64,000 nt of DNA from an uncultured Candidatus Saccharibacteria bacterium. Its GTDB lineage: Bacteria; Patescibacteriota; Minisyncoccia; Phycocordibacterales; JBBTRF01. The translations under genes were made by a program, and so were the position numbers. Below the pieces are notes generated by a model. The model was not told the origin of the DNA, ran no database searches, and saw only the letters and a list, made by a program, of their open reading frames with translations. Shown here one piece after another: positions 29,394 through 39,231 of the stretch. Each line of letters starts with the position of its first letter. Within the stretch, counting starts at the first letter, position 1. The stretch is taken from NCBI GenBank assembly GCA_964602975.1, contig CAZRTH010000002.1, positions 7,668 to 71,667 of the forward strand, written 5' to 3'.

Positions 29394-31679
29394 CTACTCA
29401 AAATGAATCTTCTCTCCAGCGACGGTGCGTTTCGCGAGGCTGTCGCGGAGGAGGGGGAAGGCGGAAAGCGAGTCGTCGGCGTCGATGAGCCGCGCAGCCT
29501 CGGCGCGCGCGGCTTCTACCATCTTTAGATTTTGCAATGCTTCCATAGCGACATCGGTGATACCCCATTGTCGATGGCCGTACAGTTGGCCTGACCCGCG
29601 AAATTTCAAGTCGTATTCCGCTAATTCAAAACCATTTTTTGCGGTCTTCAGGGCGTTGAGTCGGTCCACGGTCTTCTCGGATTTGCTCTCGGCGAAGACA
29701 TAGCAATACGCTTGATGATTGCTGCGGATCACGCGACCGCGGAGCTGGTGCAATTGGGCCAAGCCAAAACGCTCACCACCCTCGATAACGATCGACGTTG
29801 CATTTGGCACATTCACACCCACTTCCACCACAGAGGTGGCGCAGAGAATATCGATCTTGTGTGCTTTGAAATCGAGCATCACTTCATCTTTCGCTTTTGG
29901 TGTCATCTTGCTGTGCAAAATACCGAGCGTGTATTCGCAAAACACTTTGTCTTTCAGACGCTTCGCCTCCTCAGTCACGGATTTGGCATTCACCGCGTCT
30001 TCTTTGTCCGGATCTGGTTCGTTGATGCGTGGACAGATCACATACGCTTGTCGACCGGATTGCAATTCAGTGCGAATTTTTTCATATACAGCATTGCGTC
30101 CATTTGGCAGGACGATTTCGGTGATGATCGGCTTGCGGCCCATTGGCATTTGGTCGAGCAGAGTGAGGTCGAGGTCCCCATACAAGGTGAGGGCGAGCGT
30201 TCGAGGGATCGGCGTCGCGGTCATCGATAGGAGGTGCGGGGCGACGACTGCGCTCGGTGCGCTTGGTGGGGCGAGCTTGCTGGTCTTGGTCGGCGCACTC
30301 GCCGTTCCAGCATCATTTTTCAGCGCGAGTTTTTGGCGTTGCGCCGTCCCGAAGCGATGCTGTTCGTCGATGATGATGTAGGCTAAATGCTTGAACTTCA
30401 CGGCCTTTTGAATGAGTGCGTGCGTGCCGATCAAAATGGGGATCTCACCGCTCTCGACCCATTTCAGTAGTTGGGTACGTGAGATGTCGGTCCAATTCTG
30501 CCGGCCTTTTTCCGCGGCGACACGCGCGTTTGAAGCGACTTTCGATGGAAATTTTCGGCAGCCTGAGCCAGTGATGAGGCCGACCTGCAAGCCAAGATGA
30601 GTGAAATAATTGATGAAGGATTCGAAATGTTGCGTGGCGAGGATCTCGGTGGGGCACATGTAGGCGACCTGGAGATTGCCGAAGGTTTGCGGGACACGTT
30701 TGCCGTCTTTCAACATGCTCGGCCGCGAGGTGACGATGGCGTAAGCGGTCGCGGCTGCCACGGCGGTCTTGCCGGAGCCCACGTCACCCTCCAACAGCCG
30801 CGACATTGGTTTGCCGCTTTTGAAGTCGGCGAGAATGGTCTGGATCGCAGTGTGTTGCGCCTCGGTGGCATTGAAAGGGAAGCGGCCGATGAAGTCGGCG
30901 AGTTCGGCCTCGGTTTTTTCAATAATGAAACCATTGAGCTTTTGATACTGCTTGCGATCGCGCTGTTTTTGCAGTTGGATGAAAAAGATCTCTTCGAAGG
31001 CGAAGCGTTTGCGGGCAGCAAGCGCGTCACTTTCTTTTTGCGGCGCATGAATCCATATCAGGGCAGTGCGAAGTGCTGGGAGATTATATTTTTCGAGTAT
31101 GGTGGTCGGGAGCGGGTCAATAAGTGTTTCCAAAATACCAGATTTAAAGACGCGCTGAATAGCGTGGTACATCCAGTTGGAAGTGATACCGCGCGACTCT
31201 GGATACACCGGATACAGAGTGTGGGTCTCGCCGTCGGATCCAAACAGAGAGTCGCCGACCGTGATCGGCACCTTCGCTATCGCTTCAATTTTTGGGTTGC
31301 TAAGATAGAGACTCCCTCGTCGTTCGCTCACCTTGCCCTCGACACGCACGAATGCACCCTCCGCTGTCATTTTTGCAAGATACGGCTGATTGAACCACAC
31401 CGCTTTGATCCGGCCAGTATCGTCTTCGATCGTCCCCTCGGCCATCGCGATTTTGGTGCGAAATCCTTTGCTTGTTTTCAATCCGGTGATGCGGCCAAAG
31501 ATCACCGCGGTGTCACCTTGAGCCAAATTCCCGATCGGACGCATCTCGGAGACATCGCCGTATCGTGCAGGGAAGTGATAGAGGAGGTCTTCGGCGGTGC
31601 GCAGGCCAAGTTTCGCCAAAGCCTTTCGCTGTGGCTCGATAAGTCGTTGAAATTCGGCGATAGGAGTCTGCAAATGCAT
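29394..31679 (-). CDS. recG: ATP-dependent DNA helicase RecG
   Basis: GDVGSGKT, DEQHRFG, MTATPIPRTL, QLHQLRGRV. Confidence 0.96.
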   Translation of the reverse strand: MHLQTPIAEFQRLIEPQRKALAKLGLRTAEDLLYHFPARYGDVSEMRPIGNLAQGDTAVIFGRITGLKTSKGFRTKIAMAEGTIEDDTGRIKAVWFNQPYLAKMTAEGAFVRVEGKVSERRGSLYLSNPKIEAIAKVPITVGDSLFGSDGETHTLYPVYPESRGITSNWMYHAIQRVFKSGILETLIDPLPTTILEKYNLPALRTALIWIHAPQKESDALAARKRFAFEEIFFIQLQKQRDRKQYQKLNGFIIEKTEAELADFIGRFPFNATEAQHTAIQTILADFKSGKPMSRLLEGDVGSGKTAVAAATAYAIVTSRPSMLKDGKRVPQTFGNLQVAYMCPTEILATQHFESFINYFTHLGLQVGLITGSGCRKFPSKVASNARVAAEKGRQNWTDISRTQLLKWVESGEIPILIGTHALIQKAVKFKHLAYIIIDEQHRFGTAQRQKLALKNDAGTASAPTKTSKLAPPSAPSAVVAPHLLSMTATPIPRTLALTLYGDLDLTLLDQMPMGRKPIITEIVLPNGRNAVYEKIRTELQSGRQAYVICPRINEPDPDKEDAVNAKSVTEEAKRLKDKVFCEYTLGILHSKMTPKAKDEVMLDFKAHKIDILCATSVVEVGVNVPNATSIVIEGGERFGLAQLHQLRGRVIRSNHQAYCYVFAESKSEKTVDRLNALKTAKNGFELAEYDLKFRGSGQLYGHRQWGITDVAMEALQNLKMVEAARAEAARLIDADDSLSAFPLLRDSLAKRTVAGEKIHFE

Positions 31680-31807
31680 CGCTGTATTGTATCTGAAACG
31701 CCAGCTACCCGATGATTGACTTTTCATCAAAAATATGCTAGGGTGTAGCTCGATTTGTTTCTGTTCAACCAATAGTCAAAGTGGTCAACAATTGAAAATC
31801 CATCAAT

Positions 31808-32359
31808 ATGAAGACGAAAGCATCCCGTAGACGTTTGCCCAAAAAACCCTTGTTCGTGGGCATGGCGGTCGGTCCCGCTCATCACAGCTTCGGCGCTCCG
31901 GGCTATGCTGAAGGAGTGGTCGCCGCAATAGTCATTTGCCCTCACGGTCGCCTGGACACGGACTCATTCTACGACTTCGTCACTAACGAGGAAGGTTCTG
32001 CGAACGTAGTTTCGGAAAGATTCGTCCGTTGGTTGTCGCGCCACACCCAGAATCCCGTGTGCGTGGTGATCGACTCCGGAAAGTTTCATCTCGCCAAGGC
32101 GGCTCTCGGTTTGCACTTCAGCTCTAACGGCATGAAGGTGCTCGATCTCGCTTCAATGGCTGGGGCTACCTGTCTCGACCTAGAGATGCTGGTGAAGGCA
32201 GTTAATGCGACCAACCACGCAGTGATCGGAACAGATGAATCGCACCTGTGCGCGAAGAAGGAGGTGAACATCATTGTTTCCGAGCTGAAACGGCTCTTTC
32301 CACACATGCTGCCGCTCTCGCTGCGCAGGCAGCGCCGGCAAGTTCCGGTCACCGGTTGA
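31808..32359 (+). CDS. Hypothetical protein, possibly a catalytically dead DEDDh 3'-5' exonuclease fold
   Basis: Motif spacing (..GP, SFY, F..W, F-[H]-L, LDLAS, H....) resembles DnaQ-like proteins, but the acidic residues are missing. Confidence 0.45.
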   Translation: MKTKASRRRLPKKPLFVGMAVGPAHHSFGAPGYAEGVVAAIVICPHGRLDTDSFYDFVTNEEGSANVVSERFVRWLSRHTQNPVCVVIDSGKFHLAKAALGLHFSSNGMKVLDLASMAGATCLDLEMLVKAVNATNHAVIGTDESHLCAKKEVNIIVSELKRLFPHMLPLSLRRQRRQVPVTG

Positions 32360-32455
32360 CCGAGAAAGTCTCGCCTAATTCTCTCCACACGCCGCAGCGC
32401 TTCCCAGCGCTGCGGCCTTCTTTTTGTTCTGAATGCTTTGGGCTATACTGTCGCC

Positions 32456-33130
32456 ATGAGCAATATCCGCATCGAACCCTCTTGGAAAAAAGTTCTCACC
32501 AGAGAACTGGAAAAGCCGTATTTCAAAACCCTTTCAGAATTCGTGCGCAAGGAATATGTTGCTGCGAAAGGCAAAATGTATCCTCCACCAAAAAACATTT
32601 TCCGAGCTTTTGACCTTTGTCCGTTTGACCAAGTGAAGGTGGTCATCCTCGGACAAGACCCATATCACGGTGCCGGCCAGGCCAATGGTCTTTGTTTTGC
32701 TGTGCATGAAAACATCGCATTGCCGCCCTCGTTGCAAAATATGTTCAAAGAGATACAGGCGGATCTCGGCATCGAGCCGGAACGGAATGGCGATCTCTCC
32801 CGTTGGGCGAAACAGGGCGTATTACTTCTCAACGCCACACTCACCGTTCGTGCCAGTACGCCAGGCTCGCATCAAGGCAAAGGCTGGGAAGAATTCACCG
32901 ATGCGGCCGTCGCCGCTCTTTCGCAGCAGCGCGAGCACCTCGTATTTATTCTCTGGGGGAATTATGCCAAGAAAAAGGGAGCGATCATCGATCGTTCAAA
33001 ACATTTAGTCTTGGAATCCGCCCACCCTTCGCCTTTTTCAGCCAACAATGGTTTTTTCGGCAGCAAGCATTTCAGCAAGGCAAACGCCTATTTGAAAGAG
33101 AAGGGAGTAAAAGAAATCGATTGGAGGTAG
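32456..33130 (+). CDS. ung: Uracil-DNA glycosylase family 1
   Basis: GQDPYH, PPSL, GVLLLN, HPSP. Confidence 0.97.
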   Translation: MSNIRIEPSWKKVLTRELEKPYFKTLSEFVRKEYVAAKGKMYPPPKNIFRAFDLCPFDQVKVVILGQDPYHGAGQANGLCFAVHENIALPPSLQNMFKEIQADLGIEPERNGDLSRWAKQGVLLLNATLTVRASTPGSHQGKGWEEFTDAAVAALSQQREHLVFILWGNYAKKKGAIIDRSKHLVLESAHPSPFSANNGFFGSKHFSKANAYLKEKGVKEIDWR

Positions 33131-33132
33131 CG

Positions 33133-33600
33133 CTACTGAACCACGATCACGCCTTTCGCTGTTGGGGTGATCTTGTTGATGTACTCAAACACGCCTCGAT
33201 TGACGAAGGTGAAGATATACGTGCCGCCCTTGCCAACAGATCGCTCTTGGTTGAAGACGGGGTACTCGCTGTTGTATGAGTCTGGTCCGGACATCACCCA
33301 CATGGATTGATTGCTTGAATTCAAAAAGGTTACTGACTCTCCGGCCTTGACCACGAGAGAATCAGGAGAGAATTTGCCGTTGTTGTAGCTGACAGTATTT
33401 TTTGGCAGAGGAGCGATGGTCTTGGTCGATGTTTTTGGCTGGGATGCCGCTGGTGTAGTTGTTTTCTGAAGGGCCGGATTCAAGACTGTCGGAGTTTGCT
33501 GTGTTGTGTCGGTCGCCGGTGCCTGCGCGTCTCGGAAATAGAAGAAGAGTCCGACGACGATGATGGCAACGATGATCGCGATGGATTGGTTGTTGTTCAT
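33133..33600 (-). CDS. Membrane-anchored cupredoxin-like protein
   Basis: FSPDSLVVKAGESVTFLN..YIFTF..G..GVIVV; the usual Cu ligands are absent. Confidence 0.7.
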   Translation of the reverse strand: MNNNQSIAIIVAIIVVGLFFYFRDAQAPATDTTQQTPTVLNPALQKTTTPAASQPKTSTKTIAPLPKNTVSYNNGKFSPDSLVVKAGESVTFLNSSNQSMWVMSGPDSYNSEYPVFNQERSVGKGGTYIFTFVNRGVFEYINKITPTAKGVIVVQ

Positions 33601-33663
33601 GTTAAAAGGTGTCTAAGCGGATATGCAAATAGTATACCCCCGAGCGGGGAAGGAGGCGAGGGA

Positions 33664-34182
33664 TTAGCGATGCGACACGTAGATGGTTTTGAGCATCTGC
33701 AATCCTCGGTGGAGCTGGACGGCAATGGCATTTTTTGTTTGGCCCGTCAGCAGCGCCATTTCCGGGAGCGATAGATCCTGCACATGTCGCATTCGCATCA
33801 CTTTTTGGTACTTGATAGGGAGCTGAACGATGAGAAGTATCGCCGATTTGCCGTCGAGCGTGTTGTAGAGGCGTTCGGTGTCGCTCTCGGCTGCCGGCTC
33901 GAAGCCTTTTTCGATGAGTACGTCCAAAGACGAGGACTTATGCTTTCGATACTGGTCGACGATCAAATGGTTCAGAATATGGTAGAGGAATGCTTTCATT
34001 ACATCGATCTTGCCGCCCTTCACCAGGTATTTCCACGTCTTCATGAAGGTGTCCTGCACGAGGTCTTCGCCGATCGCGTGGTCTCCCGTCTTGAAAAAAG
34101 CCCGGACATTCAAGCCTTTTTCGTAGTTCTTGTGAGCTACCGCCATCACCGTCTGTAGTTCGGTTTGTTGCGTCGGCGTCAT
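33664..34182 (-). CDS. ECF-type RNA polymerase sigma factor
   Basis: EDLVQDTFMKTW, AFLYHI..IVDQYR, region 4 V.LHRG. Confidence 0.88.
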   Translation of the reverse strand: MTPTQQTELQTVMAVAHKNYEKGLNVRAFFKTGDHAIGEDLVQDTFMKTWKYLVKGGKIDVMKAFLYHILNHLIVDQYRKHKSSSLDVLIEKGFEPAAESDTERLYNTLDGKSAILLIVQLPIKYQKVMRMRHVQDLSLPEMALLTGQTKNAIAVQLHRGLQMLKTIYVSHR

Positions 34183-34299
34183 TACATAGAGTAGCCGTCA
34201 TGGGCGGCGAGATATTACAGAGCTATTACAAGGGTCGTACCGAAGAGAGATTTACTGGACTTCTATTGTATCATGTTATGTAATGCATAGCGAACTGTA

Positions 34300-34857
34300 A
34301 TGAATTCCTCGACGTTACGGCCTTGGGGCATGGAAACATATAAAAAACAGCTTTGCGAGGAGAACTGGATGTATATCAAAGCGATCGTGGATGTGGTTCG
34401 AGAGCCTATTTTGATCCTAAATAAAGATCTACGGGTTTTGGCGGCAAACGAGTCTTTTTACCGGACATTTCAGGTAGAGGCGAAAGATACCGAGCAAAAA
34501 GTCGTGTACGAACTTGGCAATGGTCAGTGGAATATCCCGGCGCTGAGAAAGTTGCTGGAAGAGATCTTGCCGCAGAACACCTTTTTCAAAGGGTTCGAGG
34601 TGATCCACGCTTTTCCGTTCATCGGAAACAAGGTGATGATCTTGAACGCTCGACTTTTGCATTTCAAAGAGAACGCGCTTGCGATGTTCCCGGACAGTAT
34701 CTTTCTCGCCATCGAAGATGTCACCGAGATGATGGCTGTGGCCGAAACTTTGGCTGAACACGCTAAGCGAATGGAAACAAAACTCACCGAACGCACACAA
34801 AAATTGGAGATCCACATTGGAAAATTGGAAAAAGAGATCAACGATCTGAAGAAATAA
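34300..34857 (+). CDS. Stand-alone PAS domain protein with a C-terminal coiled coil
   Basis: IVDVVREPILIL..ANESFYRTF..YELGNGQWNIPALR (resembles the PAS of CheB/CheR fusions). Confidence 0.8.
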   Translation: MNSSTLRPWGMETYKKQLCEENWMYIKAIVDVVREPILILNKDLRVLAANESFYRTFQVEAKDTEQKVVYELGNGQWNIPALRKLLEEILPQNTFFKGFEVIHAFPFIGNKVMILNARLLHFKENALAMFPDSIFLAIEDVTEMMAVAETLAEHAKRMETKLTERTQKLEIHIGKLEKEINDLKK

Positions 34858-34957
34858 TTTCAGTACTGTAATATGTTTCTCGGCGAGACGGCATGATAGG
34901 TGATCGAGACAATCTTTACTCTATTACTTTATCATCGCATTACATAACATTACTCAA

Positions 34958-35617
34958 ATGACAAAAACTCTCACCGCTCAAAAAGCGAACCTATCCGCAG
35001 TAGCAGGCATTCTCTCTGTCCTCGTTCTCGCCGGAGCATTCGGCGTTCAACAGGCAAGCGCCGCTCTTGTTAGTCCGATGGCTATCGGCACTCGAAGCGC
35101 TCAGGTCACCCAGCTCCAGCAGTTCTTAGCGGCAAACTCAGCGATCTATCCTGAGGGATTGGTCACCGGCTATTTCGGTCCACTGACCGCAGCCGCCGTT
35201 ACGCAGTTCCAGTTGAATTACGACATCTCTCCAGTCGGACAGGTGGGCCCGATCACTCTCGCTCGAATGAATGCCGTTATGAATTCCGGCCTCACTCTCG
35301 ATATCGCCGCTCCGGTCATCACCGGACACGTTGTCCAGGTGAACGGTCTTTCCGCAACCCTCCGATGGGACACCAACTCTCAGGCGAGTGGAAAGGTACA
35401 CTACGCAACACAACCCTTGCAGGTTCAGGAAGCTCAGACAAGCTTCACTGCTCCCTATATCAGCGGACTCGTAGCTAATGGTCTTGTCGGCGCATACAAT
35501 CAGAGCGTCACTATCAATGGCTTGCAGTCCAACACTGTTTACTACTATGTTGTTGAATCGGCTGACCCTTCAGGCAATGTCTCAGTTCTTCCACAGAGCT
35601 CGTTCCGAACGAACTAG
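34958..35617 (+). CDS. Secreted peptidoglycan-binding + FN3-like protein
   Basis: Signal peptide; VTQLQQFL..TGYFGPLTAAAVTQFQ..GQVGPIT; GLQSNTVYYY. Confidence 0.85.
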   Translation: MTKTLTAQKANLSAVAGILSVLVLAGAFGVQQASAALVSPMAIGTRSAQVTQLQQFLAANSAIYPEGLVTGYFGPLTAAAVTQFQLNYDISPVGQVGPITLARMNAVMNSGLTLDIAAPVITGHVVQVNGLSATLRWDTNSQASGKVHYATQPLQVQEAQTSFTAPYISGLVANGLVGAYNQSVTINGLQSNTVYYYVVESADPSGNVSVLPQSSFRTN

Positions 35618-35645
35618 TTTTTGGCAGATGGAAAAAGAGATCAGA

Positions 35646-35676
35646 AAAACCGCCGGGCATGCCCGGCGGTTTTTTT
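35646..35676. terminator. Intrinsic terminator
   Basis: AAAACCGCCGGGCATGCCCGGCGGTTTTTTT. Confidence 0.8.
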
Positions 35677-35747
35677 GTTGTCGGATAATAGTTGGTGAAG
35701 AAGGGACTTTTCTCCATTCCTTGTTCGTTCGCTTTGCTCACTCACTG

Positions 35748-35835
35748 CGGAAGGGGGGGGATTCGAACCCCCGAGGGTTGTTTAGACCCTGCCTCTTTAG
35801 CAAAGAGGTACATTCGACCGCTCTGACACCCCTCC
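35748..35835 (-). tRNA. tRNA-Ser(GCU)
   Basis: Acceptor GGAGGGG/CCCTTCC-G; CCTCT-TTGCTAA-AGAGG; long variable arm. Confidence 0.93.
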
Positions 35836-35926
35836 GTGGATACTCGGCGATGATAGCATATTTTTCGACTTTTGTGCCAGTCATCTGAGCATTTTTTGGA
35901 AGCACTAGTGTGCAGTCGGTGGACGG

Positions 35927-36619
35927 TCAATGAGCGAGCGTGATGGCGATGACCTCGCTTGCACCCGTCTGCAAAAGCGTCGCTCGAGCTTGCCGAAGAG
36001 TGCTACCGGTGGTCATAACATCGTCGATGATGATGTAACGTGCCCCAGCTATTTTTTGCTGTGACGCGATTTCAAAGCAATCTTCCAGATTCTTCAAACG
36101 CTCTTCGCGAGTGAGGGTGGTCTGCGGAATGGTGTGGCGATTGCGGCGCAGAAGATCGAAATCGATCTTCCAGCGGCTGTCAATATGGAGTTGTTCGAGG
36201 ATCAGTTCGATCTGGTTGTATCCACGTTCGCGACGGCGTTTTTCTGAGAGGGGAATCGGTACGATGGTGATCGGCGATCCATTTTGTCTGTTTTGTTCGG
36301 AGACTCTATTTAATTCGACACCCAACAATTCGCTAAAAAGCCGCGCCACCCTCGCGTTTTTTCTATATTTTAGCTCCCAGATGGCCGCGCGGACATGTCG
36401 GTTGCGATACGCGAGGATGGCGCGGCACCAATCGGCGCATTCAGGCGGATAATGGCCACGGAAACGGCGACTCGAATAGTCCGGTGCGACGCCATCGGCA
36501 AAAGCCTCAGTCGACATCGCCTCGATCTCTCGCACCAGTTCGGCTTTTGGAAAAAGCAGGTCAAGAAAAGTATCCGACAGCAGGTACGATAGCTCGCATA
36601 ATTTCGCAGAAAATTTCAT
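35927..36619 (-). CDS. comF: ComF family competence protein (PRTase fold)
   Basis: LKY, VPIPL..RGYNQ, IIDDVMTTGST. Confidence 0.9.
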   Translation of the reverse strand: MKFSAKLCELSYLLSDTFLDLLFPKAELVREIEAMSTEAFADGVAPDYSSRRFRGHYPPECADWCRAILAYRNRHVRAAIWELKYRKNARVARLFSELLGVELNRVSEQNRQNGSPITIVPIPLSEKRRRERGYNQIELILEQLHIDSRWKIDFDLLRRNRHTIPQTTLTREERLKNLEDCFEIASQQKIAGARYIIIDDVMTTGSTLRQARATLLQTGASEVIAITLAH

Positions 36620-36640
36620 GCTATAATTTTAGCATTCTCC

Positions 36641-37729
36641 ATGGACAATCCTTTCAGCAAAATTGCCGGCCTCTTTAAAAAAGGGGAGTCGAGCGTCATC
36701 GGCGTGGACATTGGTCCCTCGTCTATCAAAGTGGTGCAATTGAAAAAGCAGAACGGCAAGGCTGTGCTGGAGACATACGGTGCATTAGCGCTCGGTCCGT
36801 ACGCGGGCATCGAAGTTGGCCGCGCCACTCGCTTGCCGCCACAAAAGCTCTCCGAAGCACTCCTCGACCTGCTTCGCGAGGCGAGCGTCACTTCAAAACA
36901 AGCCGGCCTCTCTATTCCAATGTCCTCGAGCTTGGTCAATGTCATTCAAGTTCCGGAGGTGGACCAAAAACAATTGGCGCAGATGATCCCGATCGAGGCG
37001 CGAAAATATATTCCGATTTCCATCAGCGAAGTTTCTCTCGATTGGTGGGTGATCCCAAAAGATGAAACGCAGGAGAAAGACGGCAAGATCGACGTATTGC
37101 TGGTGGTGATCCACAATGACGCCTTGGCGCAGGCACGCGATGTTATCAAACTCTCTGCACTCGACACTTCGTTCTTTGAGATCGAGATCTTCAGCACTAT
37201 TCGCGCAGTGCTGGAACATGAATCCGACCCTTCGATGATTATTGACCTTGGCGCGGGCTCTACAAAGCTCTATATTGTCGATAGAGGTATTTTGCGAGTG
37301 TCGCACATTGTCACCCGCGGCTCGCAGGATTTCACTTTGGCCCTTTCTCAATCGCTCGGCATCACTATCGAAGAAGCCGAGGTGATGAAACGGGAGAAGG
37401 GCTTGCTCGCGGGTGCCGAAAATGCCGAATTGGCAGGCGTGATGACCTCCAGCATCAACCTCATCTTTGCCGAAGCGAATCGCGTATTGCTGAATTATCA
37501 AAAGAAATATCACAAAAATGTCGGCAAGGTGGTGCTCACCGGCGGCGGAGCCATGCTCAAGGGTTTCGCCGAACTCGCCCAGAAAGAGCTTCAGACTCCT
37601 GTAGTACCGGCCAATCCGTTCATTAAGGTGGAAGCACCGGCTTTTTTGGAAAAAGTGCTCAAAGACGCCGGTCCGGAGTTTGCCGTGGCGGTTGGTTTGG
37701 CATTGAGAAAGCTGCAAGATCTCGATTAG
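36641..37729 (+). CDS. pilM: Type IV pilus assembly protein PilM
   Basis: IGVDIG..IKVV, EARKYIP, IDLGA, LTGGGA, AVAVGLALR. Confidence 0.93.
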   Translation: MDNPFSKIAGLFKKGESSVIGVDIGPSSIKVVQLKKQNGKAVLETYGALALGPYAGIEVGRATRLPPQKLSEALLDLLREASVTSKQAGLSIPMSSSLVNVIQVPEVDQKQLAQMIPIEARKYIPISISEVSLDWWVIPKDETQEKDGKIDVLLVVIHNDALAQARDVIKLSALDTSFFEIEIFSTIRAVLEHESDPSMIIDLGAGSTKLYIVDRGILRVSHIVTRGSQDFTLALSQSLGITIEEAEVMKREKGLLAGAENAELAGVMTSSINLIFAEANRVLLNYQKKYHKNVGKVVLTGGGAMLKGFAELAQKELQTPVVPANPFIKVEAPAFLEKVLKDAGPEFAVAVGLALRKLQDLD

Positions 37730-37786
37730 AAGGATATACACAGTCGATAGCGAGCGTGGAGCTCTATTCCGTACTATAATAGAGCA

Positions 37787-38413
37787 ATGGATCCGAAGAT
37801 GCAGTCCTCTTTCATCCCCAAAACGCCGATCTCCAGCGATCGAGGAACACGCACCTCGAGTACAGTCAACCTCTTTTTCCTTATCTCGGTGCTCATTTTT
37901 ATCGTGACCCTCGCTATTGGCGGGTTTCTTTTCTTCTATAACGCCCAGCAGCAGAAACAGATTGACACGATTGCGAGCAGCTTGATAGCCTCGGAGAAAA
38001 AAGACTTTTCTGATACCGATGTCGAATCGTGGAGCTCGCTCGACAAGCGCATTCAGGCGGCTCAAGAGGTGCTTCAGCGCCACTATGCGGTATCGAGCCT
38101 TTTTAGACTTTTGCAAGAACTGACGGTGAAAAATGTCCGCTTCACGCGGTTTGATTTTGCGCTCAAAGACGAGCAGCTCGACAAGCCGAACCTGACCCTT
38201 TCGCTGGCCGGCGAAGGGCGGAGCTACAACGCGATCTCGTACCAATCTGATGTCATGAGGTCGTCCGAGAGCTTGAAAGACGTGTTGTTCTCCGATGTGC
38301 GCCTCGACGAAAAGGGAAATGTCCTGTTCTCCGTGAAGGCCGCGGTCGACCCGGCGCTCACTTTGTATAAAAACTTGTTCCTCGCCGGCAGCGCGAGCGC
38401 TTCGCAGCAATAA
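37787..38413 (+). CDS. PilN-like protein
   Basis: SFIPK + TM segment + coiled coil; follows pilM. Confidence 0.75.
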   Translation: MDPKMQSSFIPKTPISSDRGTRTSSTVNLFFLISVLIFIVTLAIGGFLFFYNAQQQKQIDTIASSLIASEKKDFSDTDVESWSSLDKRIQAAQEVLQRHYAVSSLFRLLQELTVKNVRFTRFDFALKDEQLDKPNLTLSLAGEGRSYNAISYQSDVMRSSESLKDVLFSDVRLDEKGNVLFSVKAAVDPALTLYKNLFLAGSASASQQ

Positions 38414-38428
38414 TTTCATACACATATC

Positions 38429-39220
38429 ATGTCTCCGAACATCACAGCTCTCGTCCTCCTGATCGCCTCTGCCGGCGCTGTCTTTGGCTTTATCAATCCG
38501 CAATACGCGAAATATCAGGATCTCTCCGAAAGCAAGGCGCAGTACCAAACCGCTGCCGATCAGGCGAGAAAAGTGCGAGAAGTGCGCGAGAAATTGATCC
38601 AGAGCGCAAGTAATATTTCCAGCATCGAAAAGACCCGTCTCACCAAGATGTTGCCTGACTCCGTCGACACCGTGCGCCTGACCATGGATATCAACGGTAT
38701 CGCTTCCAAGTATGGCATTCTCATCAAGAGGATCGATGTGAAGGCAGAAGAGAAGAAGACTTCAGGGTCCGCTCCGGCCGCTTCGCCATTCATCACCGCC
38801 CAGAAGGCCGACCCTTTTAATACGCTCCCGCTCTCGTTCTCTCTCACTTCCAGCTACGAAAATTTCAACCTGTTCCTCAGCGATCTGGAGAAAAGCCTCA
38901 GAATCATCGACATTGTTTCTATTTCAGTGAATCCAAACGTAAGCAACCTGTATGATTTCTCCGTGGCAGCAAGAACATATTCGTTCATTTCACCAAACGC
39001 TTCGATGGCAAAGGCTGAGACGTCAAAGGCCAAGACTCCGGCAGCGGCAAAGGAGAATCCAAAGACTAAGGTGGTGGAAATGCTCAGCCGCCTCTCTTCC
39101 TTGAAGCTTGAGCGCAGCTTCTTTGATAGTCCGCTGTTCAGAACGCTTCAGGACTTCGGTATCGAAGTGGTCGTTGAGCCAAAAGGTCGACCAAATCCAT
39201 TCGCGCCGATCGGACAGTAG
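38429..39220 (+). CDS. PilO-like protein with a C-terminal GRPNPFAP extension
   Basis: TM segment, coiled coil, LP, SYENF..FL..LEKSLRIIDI. Confidence 0.8.
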   Translation: MSPNITALVLLIASAGAVFGFINPQYAKYQDLSESKAQYQTAADQARKVREVREKLIQSASNISSIEKTRLTKMLPDSVDTVRLTMDINGIASKYGILIKRIDVKAEEKKTSGSAPAASPFITAQKADPFNTLPLSFSLTSSYENFNLFLSDLEKSLRIIDIVSISVNPNVSNLYDFSVAARTYSFISPNASMAKAETSKAKTPAAAKENPKTKVVEMLSRLSSLKLERSFFDSPLFRTLQDFGIEVVVEPKGRPNPFAPIGQ

Positions 39221-39231
39221 ATCCACAGCCT

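Noticed and set aside
36893-38548. Long antisense/overlapping ORFs (also 39313-40653, 30597-31715, 42346-43407, 22430-23170)
   Set aside because: They are shadows of well-supported genes or of tmRNA and have no motifs of their own.
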